A DNA stretch of 64,000 bases from Epiperipatus broadwayi (lineage: Eukaryota; Animalia; Onychophora): contig JAQFVV010000001.1 in the NCBI GenBank assembly GCA_028023455.1, forward strand, positions 24,862,001 through 24,926,000. Reading direction: 5' to 3'. The notes beneath the pieces were generated by a model. That model had not been told where the DNA came from, ran no database searches, and saw only the letters and a program-made list of their open reading frames with translations. A program made the translations under genes and the position numbers. The stretch's first letter is position 1. Each line of letters begins with the position of its first letter. Positions 52,102 through 64,000 of the stretch are shown here, in pieces.

Positions 52102-53242
52102 TATTGTATACATACAGTTGTTGAGTTTATTTTGCTTTAATATGTATACAGGTACTCTGCCATTAATTGAAATTACTCTGCCATTAATTGAAATTACCAG
52201 AATTCAATTCTTCTTTTTTTCAAACATTTTAAAATCAGCCAATACGAAGACGTAAAGATGTATATAAAATTACAATTTCCGTAAAAAGTTAAAAAATCAG
52301 GCTAAAATATGAATGCTGTGAATACACATATTAAATATATATTTTTAACTGTTAAGATATATTTATAAAAAAAACTTTCAATTTTATATTGAAATATATT
52401 TTCATTAACTTATTAAAAATGAAATAAAAATAGAGTACAGCAGTTTCTAACTCCAAATCATTATTTTTTTAATAGAAATTATAAAAAAAACCACATAATA
52501 TATAAATTTTTCATATGTTTGCATAATTCAGAAACAATGACAGTACAAGTTCTGCTAAATGTTTATTTTTTTATTATTAAATGAAAAATAAAGTATCCTA
52601 GCAACTTTTAATGTCTAATCCCTATTCATTTAACTGATATCAAAAAAGGAAAATTATATAGTAAGTTTTTCATCTTATTTTTGTATAAAAATTAAATCAC
52701 TTCTTAAAATATACAAATTTCCTCAATGTTTGTGTAATCCAGAAATAAAGAAATTACAGTTCTAAGACTAAAGTTTATTTTTCTTTACCAATAAACCATT
52801 TAAATTTTACACAATGGTGGTTTCCAATGTCAGATTGCTAAATTATTACATCAACCAAAATAAAAATAAAAAACATGTAGTCTAAGGTTAAAATGATCAT
52901 AATTCATTTTTTTAAAGAAATTATATTTACTTCTAAGATGTATGAAAATCAGCAACAATCTTAGATTATATTACTAGTTTATTTTCAATAACAAATAAGA
53001 GACAAATTAGATGAATTGCAAGTTAATGTAACATGGCATAGCCAATAATATCTAACACATTTTTATGAGGAATTTTAATTTATTAATAAATATATAAATG
53101 TGTATTTAATTGCAATTCTAATAGCAAAAATCAAAACATTTGCAATTGTATATTGTATTAAACGTTTTTTTTTTTTAAAAAAAGTCATATTTCATCTTTA
53201 GACTAGATTAATAGTATCAGTTATCTTCTTACTGATCTCAGT

Positions 53243-54152
53243 CACCTGGGTCTCGTTTTATGCGGATTATTTTAATGCGATTTTGAAGTTATGCAATTCG
53301 TGTTTCTTCTTAATATCTTTCATATTTCACTATATTTATTAGATATCAAGAAATTTAAATTATTAATAACTTATTTTGACTTGAAATACTTTTTTTTTTT
53401 TTTCAAAAATATAATATTCTATTAGCGACTAACGTGAATATGGCCTGAAGCTGCATTTAGAATATTAGCTTCTATGTAATAACGTATTTATACTAATGAG
53501 TAAATAATAATAATAGATTTATATTTACATATAAAAATATCGCAATAAATAGTCAAAAATTTTAAACTTTTAAAATGTATTTTGTTAATTATAACAGAAA
53601 TAAATAATTTTTTAGATTTTTAAAATAAATAATAAAGATTTTATTGATTTTATAAACTGAAAATAATCTTTCTAATGATAATCTATAATCTTTTTGTTTT
53701 GATTACAATCTCATTTTTTTAATATAGAAACAAAAATCATTAACACAGCTCAAGACTGAAAGTGGTGCTAGTTGTATGTCACATGACGAATCTGATTTCT
53801 TAACATTTCCCAAATGAACGCATATTTTCAAATAGTCAAACAACTGCTAATGATTAAAATATGTATGAAAAAATGTAAAATTAAATACTGTAGTTAATAA
53901 AAAAAGTAAAAAAAGTTTGTCTTTTTTTTTTTTTCAAATATTTGAAATTTTTTATTAGTCATACTTTATTTCCTTATTTTTTTAATGCGAATTTTAAAGT
54001 AATTTTTCCTTCTTGTTTTGCTTTTATGCAATTTCTGAAAATTACAACCCCCTATCCCCATTTTTCAAGGTAAGTTAAATCTATTTTTGTGCGATTTCTT
54101 TTGTGCGCGTTTTCTGAGGAACTTATCTATCGCATAAAACAAGACCCAGGTG
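53243..54152 (+). mobile_element. Tc1/mariner-type MITE copy 3
   Basis: cacctgggtctcgttttatgcgg ... cgcataaaacaagacccaggtg; near-identical reverse complement of copy 2 over about 900 bp. Confidence 0.85.
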
Positions 54153-54199
54153 TCAATATTTTAAAATGATTAGTAATTTGTAATTTAAATTCAAGTGTT

Positions 54200-54930
54200 T
54201 CTGAAGATTAAGAATATCTTCTATCAATACTATATTTTTTATTAGTTTTGTGTAATAATTTTCATTAATGTCTATCATATCTCAGTAATCTACATTCATT
54301 ACTTGAATTCACTCTATTAATAACATTCCAATCATAAATACATATTTTCTCTTATTCAAAATATAATCCAATTTTGCTATATTTTCATTTGTATATTTCT
54401 ATATCCATTTCCATTGAACATTTTTCTCAAAGAAGTAATTCATACTAAACAGTTTTGCTTTTTCTGCAAATTCCACAAGTCTATGCCCTTTTCATTTGCT
54501 TAAAACACTTATTTGTTAATCAGTTTTACTTCTAGTATTAAAGCTTCCTATGACAATTTTAAAATGTATGATTAGATCAAACACATTTTGTATATCCATA
54601 ACAAAATCCTCTAGTTCTTCATTACAATAAGAATTTATTGGGCACAAATCTGATTTTTCTGTATTTGGTATCTTCCATTAAGTTTAATAACTAATCTTGT
54701 CACTTCATTCTGAAGTGCCACTAATCTCTACAATGTTTTTCCATATTTTGTTTATAATGAATCTCATTCCCTTGTGCTTCCAATGCTTGTGTTTTTATAG
54801 TAAAGTACATATCTACTTTTCAAATTAAATGTCTCTTCATTTCTGATTTCCCAAAGTATTACAATATCTCATTTAATATCAGACAGTCCTTATTACATTT
54901 TATATTTATTTCCCTTCGGTTGATAGTGAT
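54200..54930 (-). mobile_element. Decayed RTE-clade LINE AP-endonuclease fragment
   Basis: Minus strand with stops and frameshifts: VILWEIR..SRYVLY..KLNGRYQI..GHRLVEFAEK..MNYFFEK..KW..LDYIL. Confidence 0.6.
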
Positions 54931-55864
54931 CTGCAATTGTAAGTAGCTATGACAGCCTAGTTCTAATATCAGGGGAATCTTAGCACCTTCTGCTATCATT
55001 TTCCAACTTCTGTCTTAGTTGGCAATTTTATATTCTCCTGGGAATAAGGGCCTTAATTTAGTATAATCTGCTAGGATTCTATATACATATAAGAAAAAAA
55101 AAATCATAAACACATTTCTTCTGCCTTCAAGAAAACTACTGAGATTTCAGTTAAAAAGTATCAGGTACCTGAGAAGAAAAATCATAGTATTTTTTGATTT
55201 TAATCTTAGTGATAAAATCCAATAGACTGACCATATTGACTGATGCAAATGAATGAATAGCCCACTTCAGTTCATTTATCATATTAATAATCACCAGCTT
55301 CTATGACAAGAACTATGGAATGGACATTAAGAAATTTGCCTTGTTCAGTTCCTTTGAGATCTCATAGAGGAATCAAAGGTCTCCTTTCAGTTAACAGCAA
55401 ATTCCTTTCTACATCCTGGGTTATTTATATATGTATTATGTTATGTCCTCTGTCCACAGGCAGACAATAAAATAATATAACAAATAATAACTTCAACCAG
55501 GCCTTTTTTTGTCATGTAATACAGTGGAACGGCATTCCAGCACCTTTTTTAGTGTATTTTTAATGCTTCAAACATAATTAGATGAAATGGTATCGTAGGT
55601 ACATAATTACAATCCATATTTATATAATTCAAACAAATAAAAAAATATAGTGTTTTATGAATCAGATGAAATATGGATGGATTCAAAATTGACACTCTCA
55701 TGTAATGAGAAGTGTACTCATCCATATCCCCCATATTACAATACATTCTGTAGCAGCTGCTACATCTGCATCATATGCTTCTTCGGCTTAGTATACAAAT
55801 ATTTTTTTGTTGAGTCATACTTGACTTCCAGCATTGCTGAAAGTTTGGGAGCACTAAATTCATA

Positions 55865-56240
55865 TGTAACGGTCCGTATTCCTTTAAGAAATGAGGGTGA
55901 ATGCATCTAACTATAATCAGACATAGGGTCTTCATGTAGGATGCTATGAATGATATGATAAAAATCTAATCCATGATTGCATCTATTTTAAACATGATAA
56001 TTTAATATTTAAACATTCAATATAAATACAACTTAGACAAGTTCATCCAATCTTCACCTCTCTTTACTAGTCTGTTATGCTCAGTATTCGAACTCAGGGT
56101 TAATTTTACATTTAACTCTGAGGGGTCAATTGATATCCTGTAGCAATAATAATACTTTTATATACGTTCGATAGATTCTCAAAATTCCAAGCAAGTTATT
56201 ATAATGTTATGTCAGGATGATATGTGTATGTGGGTATACG
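55865..56240. mobile_element. Possible solo LTR
   Basis: Starts TGTAACGGTCCG; the 3' end is uncertain. Confidence 0.25.
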
Positions 56241-57227
56241 TATTCAATTTTATTTTATTATGAGAATAAATTAAATAATTTAAATAAATCAGAGACCTCC
56301 TTAAATTTAAAATAAATTTAACAATATATATTAATTGAAAACAATTTAAATTTATCTTTATATAACAATTTTTTTTTATTGTGTTTTACATCCATTTCTA
56401 CCATATTAGTATATAAATTTTAAAATTATATCTTCCCATATCTCATAGTAGATATGTATCATAACACAAACAATATTTAATAGGTTGTAAAAATAAACAG
56501 AATTTTATAATTCCAAAGTTATAACACTAGCTAACTAAATTTAAATTAAACAGTATTAATATAAATGAAAACCTTTGTAATATCCAATTCTTTTGAGGAA
56601 ATTCCAATCTCTATAAGACCTCCCAATGGTCCCTATTGTTGAAAGAAAAGACCTTTTATCCAAGGATATTAGTCATTTATACCGAATAATAAACAAACAA
56701 ATGTTACTAAATTAATTAAATTAATAATAAATAAAAATTCTGTCTTGTCATAAGCGAATGAATTTAATATGAAGAACAATAAAATCTTACCTTCATATTA
56801 AGTTTACTTATTAACCTGGTCAAGTTGCTCTGTAAGGAAGACATAAATTTTATTAAATAAAAAAAAAGTATTTAACCCAATGATGTTTCCACTTTATTCA
56901 TCTAATGATTTTTCAAAATGGATTATTCCAAAATAAGTAGGTTTTAGAGGCAAAGGAAATAAAATTAAATATTTATGGATGTTGATATGTGAAAATGATA
57001 TGATGTGTTAAAAGTTTATGATATTGTCCTATTCATTTTCCATAATCTGAGTAATAATGTTCATTAGAATAAAGTTCTTTTATTTCCGGTCATCAATCAT
57101 CGGTGAGGTAATCAATATACTCCGTTGTTTCATAAAAATTTCTCTTGCATGATGTTGACATCCCTTTCCATTAATTTATCTCACTATAAATTGAAGTTGG
57201 ATATTGAGTTCTATAGATGATATATAT

Positions 57228-57518
57228 TGTACCGGACATAGACAGCGGGGAAGAGACATGATACTTGAATTAGGACTGTTGAGGATGAATCCCCGAATGA
57301 GATATAAGAATTAAAATAATACATAATTATATAACACCTTTTTATATTTAAAAACTAACCAAAACAAAGATTCAAACTCTGGATAGGATTAAAAGATACT
57401 TTTATTTAATATTATATAAGAACAATTTATTCTAAATGTACATTATTTATATTGTTCAAGCTAGAATAGTTTCATTATGCTTACATCTATGATTATTATG
57501 GGATGTCACGCTTATACA
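57228..57518. mobile_element. Solo LTR with TATAT target-site duplication
   Basis: tatat/TGTACCGG ... CTTATACA/tatat. Confidence 0.6.
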
Positions 57519-58039
57519 TATATAATGCAGTTTATTTATATGCCAATGTTTAAAAAGAAAAAATTACATAATGGGTTTAAGAAGAGAAATGCTGTTTTCT
57601 CATATGGTTAGATAATGACCTAAACAAATGAATTCACAGCGAGTGAAACTTTAATGTTTGAATAAATTAATATCATGTATTTAACAAACTATGAACGTTG
57701 CCACTTCGATCACACAAGAAAACTACATCTATATAACTGTGATGCCAAGTAAATTGGTCTCTGACATCCGTTATATTTATTAATTATTGAACAATAAAGT
57801 GATAAAACAGTGATTTTGAATACTTGTATATTTTTGTATTCAATATGACAAACATTATATTTCAATTCTTGAATTATAAAATATAAGAATTCATTTATGC
57901 ATGTGGGAGTCGCTCGTTTAAGGGAAATAGCTTAATGCAAGCTTTTCATGACATTCTACATAATAATAAATAACAAAAATGATTTAGTTATATCACGATT
58001 AGTTTTAGGCATGATTCTAAAATATTACAATGAATGGCG

Positions 58040-58430
58040 GTGCAAGCATGAGGCAGCAAATATAAAATTCGGTCCATTTTGGCCAAGTAGATGCTCCATC
58101 ATTTAAGTGGGAAAAAAGAAATGGTACACCCGTTCTTCTGGCGGCCATACCTGGAGAAAAAGAAGGTAGGTAGAAGATGCAATTGTCCGCATAGGGTATC
58201 AATGCAGAGTTTCCGCTACTCTTTCCGAAGGTGTCCTAGGGCATTTACGATGCCAGATTACATAGTAAGCGAAGATGGAGGATTCGGAGTTCCCAATGAT
58301 TCTCAAATTATGATAAAGCAAAATAATGACAATGGCTGACCTATGCTGGCAACGCTATGACTATGATACATCCTTTAATGACGTCAAAATAACTAATGGC
58401 CTAAATAAAGTTTTAATTGGGCGTAACGGC
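58040..58430 (+). other. CpG-rich decayed coding fragment, possibly an R2/R4-like (RLE) LINE RT C-terminus
   Basis: SFRYSFRR..IVSEDGGFGVP resembles the YSF..GGLGVP motif region of RLE LINEs. Frameshifted. Confidence 0.3.
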
Positions 58431-59064
58431 ATGACTTATATACTAAACCAGATTAAATAATTGAAATATAAAACTATATGAATATCTTAATGACATACGA
58501 TTACATTTCTCTTCATTAAATGGGTCCCACATGCATTTGGAATCAATAAGCATTATTTAATACTATAATGCTAAAGGCGCTACATATAAATGATTATTAT
58601 ATTAAAAAAATAATGGTCATTATTATTTAAAATATCTTAACTGTAATTTAACCAATAGCGTTCTTGAATAACATTAAATTTATAATCAATAAATATATAC
58701 TTATGGCAGTCTTATAATAATAATCTGTCTAGAACAGAAATATTATTTCACTAGTTCTCAACCCAGCAAGAAATGGCTTTAAAACAAATAATTTAAAGTA
58801 ATTAAAATATCCCTGAAGCGCTGGGGATTTAAAAGACTAATCTAAAATATAGGCTTGTGGAGTTGAGTTGACTTGGCATATAAATTACATATAAAAGTAA
58901 ATAGCAAATAATTATAATAATAAAATTTACCGCACTAAAAGAAAATATAAGATCTAAAACATAAATTAGATTCAAGCATTTACATATATATATATATATA
59001 TTTGATAGGATTATAGAGAGGTCTTTATAGGTAGAGATTGTATATAATTATAAAACATTAATTA

Positions 59065-59433
59065 GTATTTACAGGCGAGGATAGACAACTTTACATAGCT
59101 ATTGGACTGTTACCTCGCTATACTTGGGGTAAATGGTTAAATGGTTCATTCTCTGAACTTCAGTTGCAGGGATGAGCTTGGTGGTCAGCAGTCTTGGTCA
59201 CTAAGGCTTTTTCATCCGTGGCAGTCTTCTTCCATGGCAGGAGTTTGGCAGCACACTAGAGGCAGCTCCAGGGAAGTACTCAGTGGACATTCTAAAAACT
59301 AAGAGCAAAGACTGTACGACTGTCTCTTATCTCCAATCTATTCTATTTATACCACCCAAGCTATTACTGGAATGCTTTGGCTCATTTGCCCAGAGGCAGA
59401 TGAGACAATTAATAAATTCCTGAGCAAATTACA
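59065..59433. mobile_element. LTR-like GC-rich block
   Basis: Ends ..AATAAATTCCTGAGCAAATTACA (TGTAAT on the minus strand); the other end is unclear. Confidence 0.3.
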
Positions 59434-60958
59434 GTCCATTTTAATTAAAGATATAAGAAGATAAGGTTCAAATCACTTTCATTAGCAAAACTTTTAATTA
59501 AAGTCTTTAAATTATAAACATAAAAACTATGATAAGACAATATTTTGATTAATGAAAATCAAGCTTTTAAAATATTTAATTAGTGAAGCAAACTTTATAA
59601 TGGATTAATTTGAACCTGCCATCTTGTTTATATCTTATTTTCCTACAAAATGAAATTAAATGCAAATAATTTTTACAAAAATGACAAACTTTACAGAGAA
59701 AAAGGGTTCACACAATATTTAAAAGTATCAAAATCAAAATTATAAAATATTTATTATATAGCAAAGTTTTAGCATATTTTAAATATATATACATTGCCAC
59801 ATGGTAGATGATGACAAGGTTAGTACATTAAATATAATTGCTGGGTTTGAACCCTTGTAGATGGTTAGTTATTAGGAAGGAAAACATGAAGCTCACTCTG
59901 ACTACAGAGTGATTGCTTCAATATATATATATTAGGTATTTCAATAGGAATGAATAGTTACACTGTTTTAGGTTAGAATAATAGCATTTGATTCTATGGC
60001 AAAGTGTCTTTACTCATGATGCATTTTCTATAACTTAAAATCTTATTAAAATAAAGTTATTTAGATATATAAATATGTTTGATGATATTTATCTTTCTTG
60101 AAATTCAAGTTTAGAACAATATCGTTAAGAATTTCTCTAATTATTATATTAAAGATAATTTCACTTTTGAAATTATTATTGATGATATTAAAGAATAATT
60201 TATTTACTCTTTACTTGAGGGATATTAACGTTCTCTGCTAATGAAGATTTTATAAATAAAGAAAATTCATCCAAACTATGATCCATCTTTCTGATGTGGT
60301 CGGTATTCGAACACAGCAAAATAATTATGCATAGTGACTAGTTCATTTGTAAAAGATGGAACTGATTTGGAAATTAGTTGATTTAGCTTTATAGTGGAAT
60401 CGACGTTTGGTAATTAGCATGTGTTAAATTACTATTTCATTTCATGATTTTGTATTCGATTATTGTTGAATCCATTATAATTAAGTAATTGAGTTCTAAT
60501 TTTATTTCCGTCACGTTTAGTTTCTAAGATACAACTTGACCTTAGATTATCTCTATGTTTTGAGTCTTGATTAGCGATATGAAATGATTGAAATCTTATT
60601 TTAATATTTGATTTCATTAAAATAACTATTTATTTGACTTGACTTTTGTTAATAAACTTTTATAATCTAATGTTTAATTTATATACATGTGCATATGAGT
60701 ATTTTAATGTAAAAGGATAACTTATTTACTGTTTATTAATTAAAATTATATTTTTAAGTTTATGATTTGATATTGCACATAAACAAGTGATCTCAATAAG
60801 ATTGTAAGCTACCCTTACAGCCAGCGACACATGTACAACCAGTAACGTCTGACATTTGTGATTGATTGCATCTACATGACAATTGACGATGAGTAGAATA
60901 TTTAATTTCTTTATTTTTATGTAAATTTGACATTATTTTTATTTTATTTATTTTTTAG

Positions 60959-63403
60959 TGTAAAAGTTTACCCCAAGTTTAAAAATGAAAAACATTTCCA
61001 GTTACTTGTCAACCATCAGTCCCACTAATAAAAATCCAAAATGATGACAGAAAATACGGAAATATTGGTGCAAGTTGATGTTTCTGAATCATCTCAAGTG
61101 GATCTTGAGGTGCAATGCCGAATTCAGAATGATTGACTGGATTTCTGGTTATTGGATCAAAAAATGATTTTTGCTGAAAAAATGAATGTTTGAACATATA
61201 CAAAATGAAATTGACTGCATACCTTGCAAAAATGTTAGAACTCTTGGAACTGAAGCAAGCAATGATGGGAATGAAACTTTCCAAAGAATGGGCCAACAAT
61301 GAAATCACCTATTCTTGGAAAGATAGGAAGTTACAATTGAGCTCACTTCAAAAAAAAATTTTCGATTACAGAAAATCTGTTGCACATAAAGCAGCGCTAA
61401 AAATTATTTTTGAAGCAAAAAAAAAAGAATATTGAAAACATTTTTTTTTTTAAATCATTACCTTGCAAAAAAGTAATAGCAAAAAATTTTCAAACTGCAT
61501 ATAAAGTAGCAAAGGAAAAGTCATTCTTTATTTTTAAAAGTAAAATTGAGCCGCAAGAACTGAATAGAATTGAAATGGGTCATATTCTTCATTCAACAAA
61601 CGCATGCATTAATATCATGAATCATATAAATGATGAAATGAAAAAAAATGTATTTAAAGAAATTGTTCAATCGAAAAATATAATTTCATTGATAATTGAT
61701 AAATCAACTACCATAAGTAAAAAAACCATCTTTATTGTGTTTGTTCTAGGCTGTATCAAAAGTGTTGAAATGAATTCACTGATTAATTTATTTTTAAGAC
61801 TTGGTCAAATTTGAAGACATAACTGCAAAAGGAATATTTGAATTCTTACTCTAATGTCGTGAATTTTATGGGATGACAGAAGATTATTTAAAAATATATT
61901 TAATTTTGGTAACATGTGATGGTGCTGCTGTGATGTTAGGATGTAAAGTGGAGTGAAAGAATTGCTGACACAAAATTTTCCTTCCATTATAGTTTGGCAT
62001 TGTGCTAATCATAGATTAGAATTATCAGTAAGCGATGTTGTAAAGAAAATTTCAGGAATCAATAGATTCAAATCATTTATTGATAAACTTTGTGTTTTAT
62101 ACCATGCATCGCCAAAAAATCAGAGAGAGTTACATAAATGTGCAGAATCACTTTGCATTGACTGCTAAAAATTGGAAGAATTTTAAGTAATAGATAGTTG
62201 GTATCTAGTTTTCACTTGGTTTCGGCTATGTGGAATAATTTTGAATCTCTTATGCATCATTTTGAAGAAGCAATGAATGATCCTACAAGAGATAAAAATG
62301 ATAAATGTATTTATGATGGCTTAGAGAAAAAATAACATCTACAATCTTTTTATTGGATCTAGCATTGATGTGCAATGCTCTCCAAGAATTGTCAGAACTA
62401 CGTTTGGACTTACAAGTTCGCAATGTGAATCTTGACATTGCAAATTGAAAAATAAATACACTAGTTCAAGTTTTTGAAGAAAGGAAACAGAATTTTGGAC
62501 CCTTTTATAAATGTGCTGTAGCTGCTATACATGATTTGTGTTTTTGTGAAGTTTCACTTCATGCAAAAGTTTTAAAAAATGATCCTCCTATTGATCCAAA
62601 AACATTTTATATCATATTGAAAGAGTCAATTGAAAAAAGGATACTAGATAGCAAAAATGTTGAGTCTGTACTTTGGGCTTGCTTATTTAACCAAAAATAT
62701 CAGCCTGAAGATATTGATATTCAGTTGACATTTGGAGAGATGGAAATTAGAAACATCAATCAAACTACAACTAAACGAAAGAGAAATGAGTCATGGATTT
62801 CATGAATACATTCTCAAAAAGACATATAATGAAAAACTGTAGTAGCGTTTGATATATGCTCTGAATTCTATTTCTATTTCTTCAAGTGGATGCGAACGTG
62901 GGTTTTCACATATGAATGTAATTATTACTCCAATAAGATCTTCATTGAAGATCAAAACAGTTTCAGCACTTTGTTCATTAAACTCATTGGACTATCTTTG
63001 ACACTTTTTTAATCCTTCAAAATACATTGATCTGTGGTTACTCAGAGGACATCATTTGGCCATAGACACTAACACTAAGAAAATAAATCGAGTTGATTTG
63101 TCAGACAAGAATTGGACAAAACTTTGGAGATCACTATAAACTATTATTCAATTATATAAAGTTTTACAATTTCATTTTACATTTAGTTATCAATTGTATA
63201 TTTGCATTTGTTTATTTAACTTTAGATATGACATGTCTAAAAAAAACAATACGATAAATTTTGTTTAATTTTTTTATTTGCTTCATAGCATTGAAAAAGC
63301 TGCTTTAAATTTCATTTAAATGATACTTGAATATACTTTTTTTTAGTAAAAAGCTTGGAAAGAAGTAAGTTCTGGCATATTTTTTTATTTTAAAACAGCC
63401 CTG
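60959..63403 (+). mobile_element. hAT transposon with KIAA1586/ZNF862-like transposase pseudogene
   Basis: ORF fragments LSKEW..KLQLSSLQKKIFDYRKSVAHKAA; FQTAYKVAK..GHILHSTNACINIMNHI..ISLIIDKSTTISKK; TCDGAAVMLG; IVWHCANHRLELSVSD; CERGFSHMN. A CAGGGCTG-type end (cagccctg) lies at 63396-63403; the 5' TIR was not found. Confidence 0.9.
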
Positions 63404-63806
63404 ATTTGAACTATAGTGTATTAAATTAAGATTTTTTCATCAATAGACAAATTATTATTCAAGGGAAGTCATTTACTTGCACCTTGATAATGGAAAAAAT
63501 TATGAAATTAGTAAAAAATTTAAAGTTCTAGTCAGATTTTAGTCATAGCACATTGCTGCCCTATCACTCCCCATTATATATGTATTTAAACATCTTGCAT
63601 TAAATTATCATTGCTTTTTTTTTGTACTATAGTTTGATTTATAAGGCTTAATAAAAGTAAAAATTTCTCAGTATGTTTAAATTTGTATTAAATATTTTTT
63701 GTTGATATATATATTACAAATGAATAAATTCATTTTGATTATGAATTAGGGTTACTATAATTGTTATATACTATTTATAAATAAACTTTTTTATTTTATT
63801 TTATAG

Positions 63807-63875
63807 ATTTCTCCTGAAAAATCAAGTGAAGATGATTTTGTTTTTTATCTTGAAAATAATGATTCACAGTCAAAA
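63807..63875 (+). CDS. TAF1B: Probable next TAF1B exon: ISPEKSSEDDFVFYLENNDSQSK
   Basis: ttttattttatag acceptor, 69-nt phase 0-0 open frame, AAA/gtaaaa donor. The acidic Ser-rich sequence fits a low-complexity insert; no direct homology recognised. Confidence 0.55.
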
Positions 63876-64000
63876 GTAAAATCTTAATCTTTATTAATTA
63901 GAGAATTATGATTTATAAAATAAATTAAATTAGTGATATAATTGTAACACTCAAAGCAATAAAATACTAAACTCTGGCTATATAAATGCAATGCTTCCCC

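Noticed and set aside
8980-59270. CTCF-like motifs (cactagatggc at about 8985, cactagagcgc at about 24262, cactagaggcagc at about 59255)
   Set aside because: Imperfect single matches, at least two of them inside GC-rich TE-like blocks; not distinguishable from chance without ChIP data.

Overview
Very AT-rich animal genomic DNA, probably arthropod (inferred from composition, repeat families and the style of the host protein). There are no prokaryotic features. The window is mostly the intron-rich, + strand body of one host gene that I recognise as TAF1B/Rrn7, an RNA polymerase I SL1 subunit. Its small exons lie at 22598-22704, 46368-46474, 51031-51106 and probably 63807-63875; the zinc-ribbon first exon was not found. 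The rest is decayed transposable elements: an esterase-ORF1 LINE carrying a tRNA-derived SINE, three Ty3/Gypsy LTR elements (one near-complete, two lacking pol), several solo LTRs, a piggyBac, a KIAA1586/ZNF862-like hAT, RTE fragments, MITE families and Penelope-like elements (PLEs). The most striking pattern is three head-to-head foldbacks (centres about 6020, 39485 and 48003), two with PLE coding remnants and the third assigned to PLEs from its ribozymes. Two of the three carry a minimal hammerhead-ribozyme motif in each arm. Also notable are a young 337-bp tandem array ending in an inversion, and inverted MITE copies that bracket an in-frame pair of TAF1B exons. All assignments come from reading the sequence by eye and from recalled family motifs; no searches were run.
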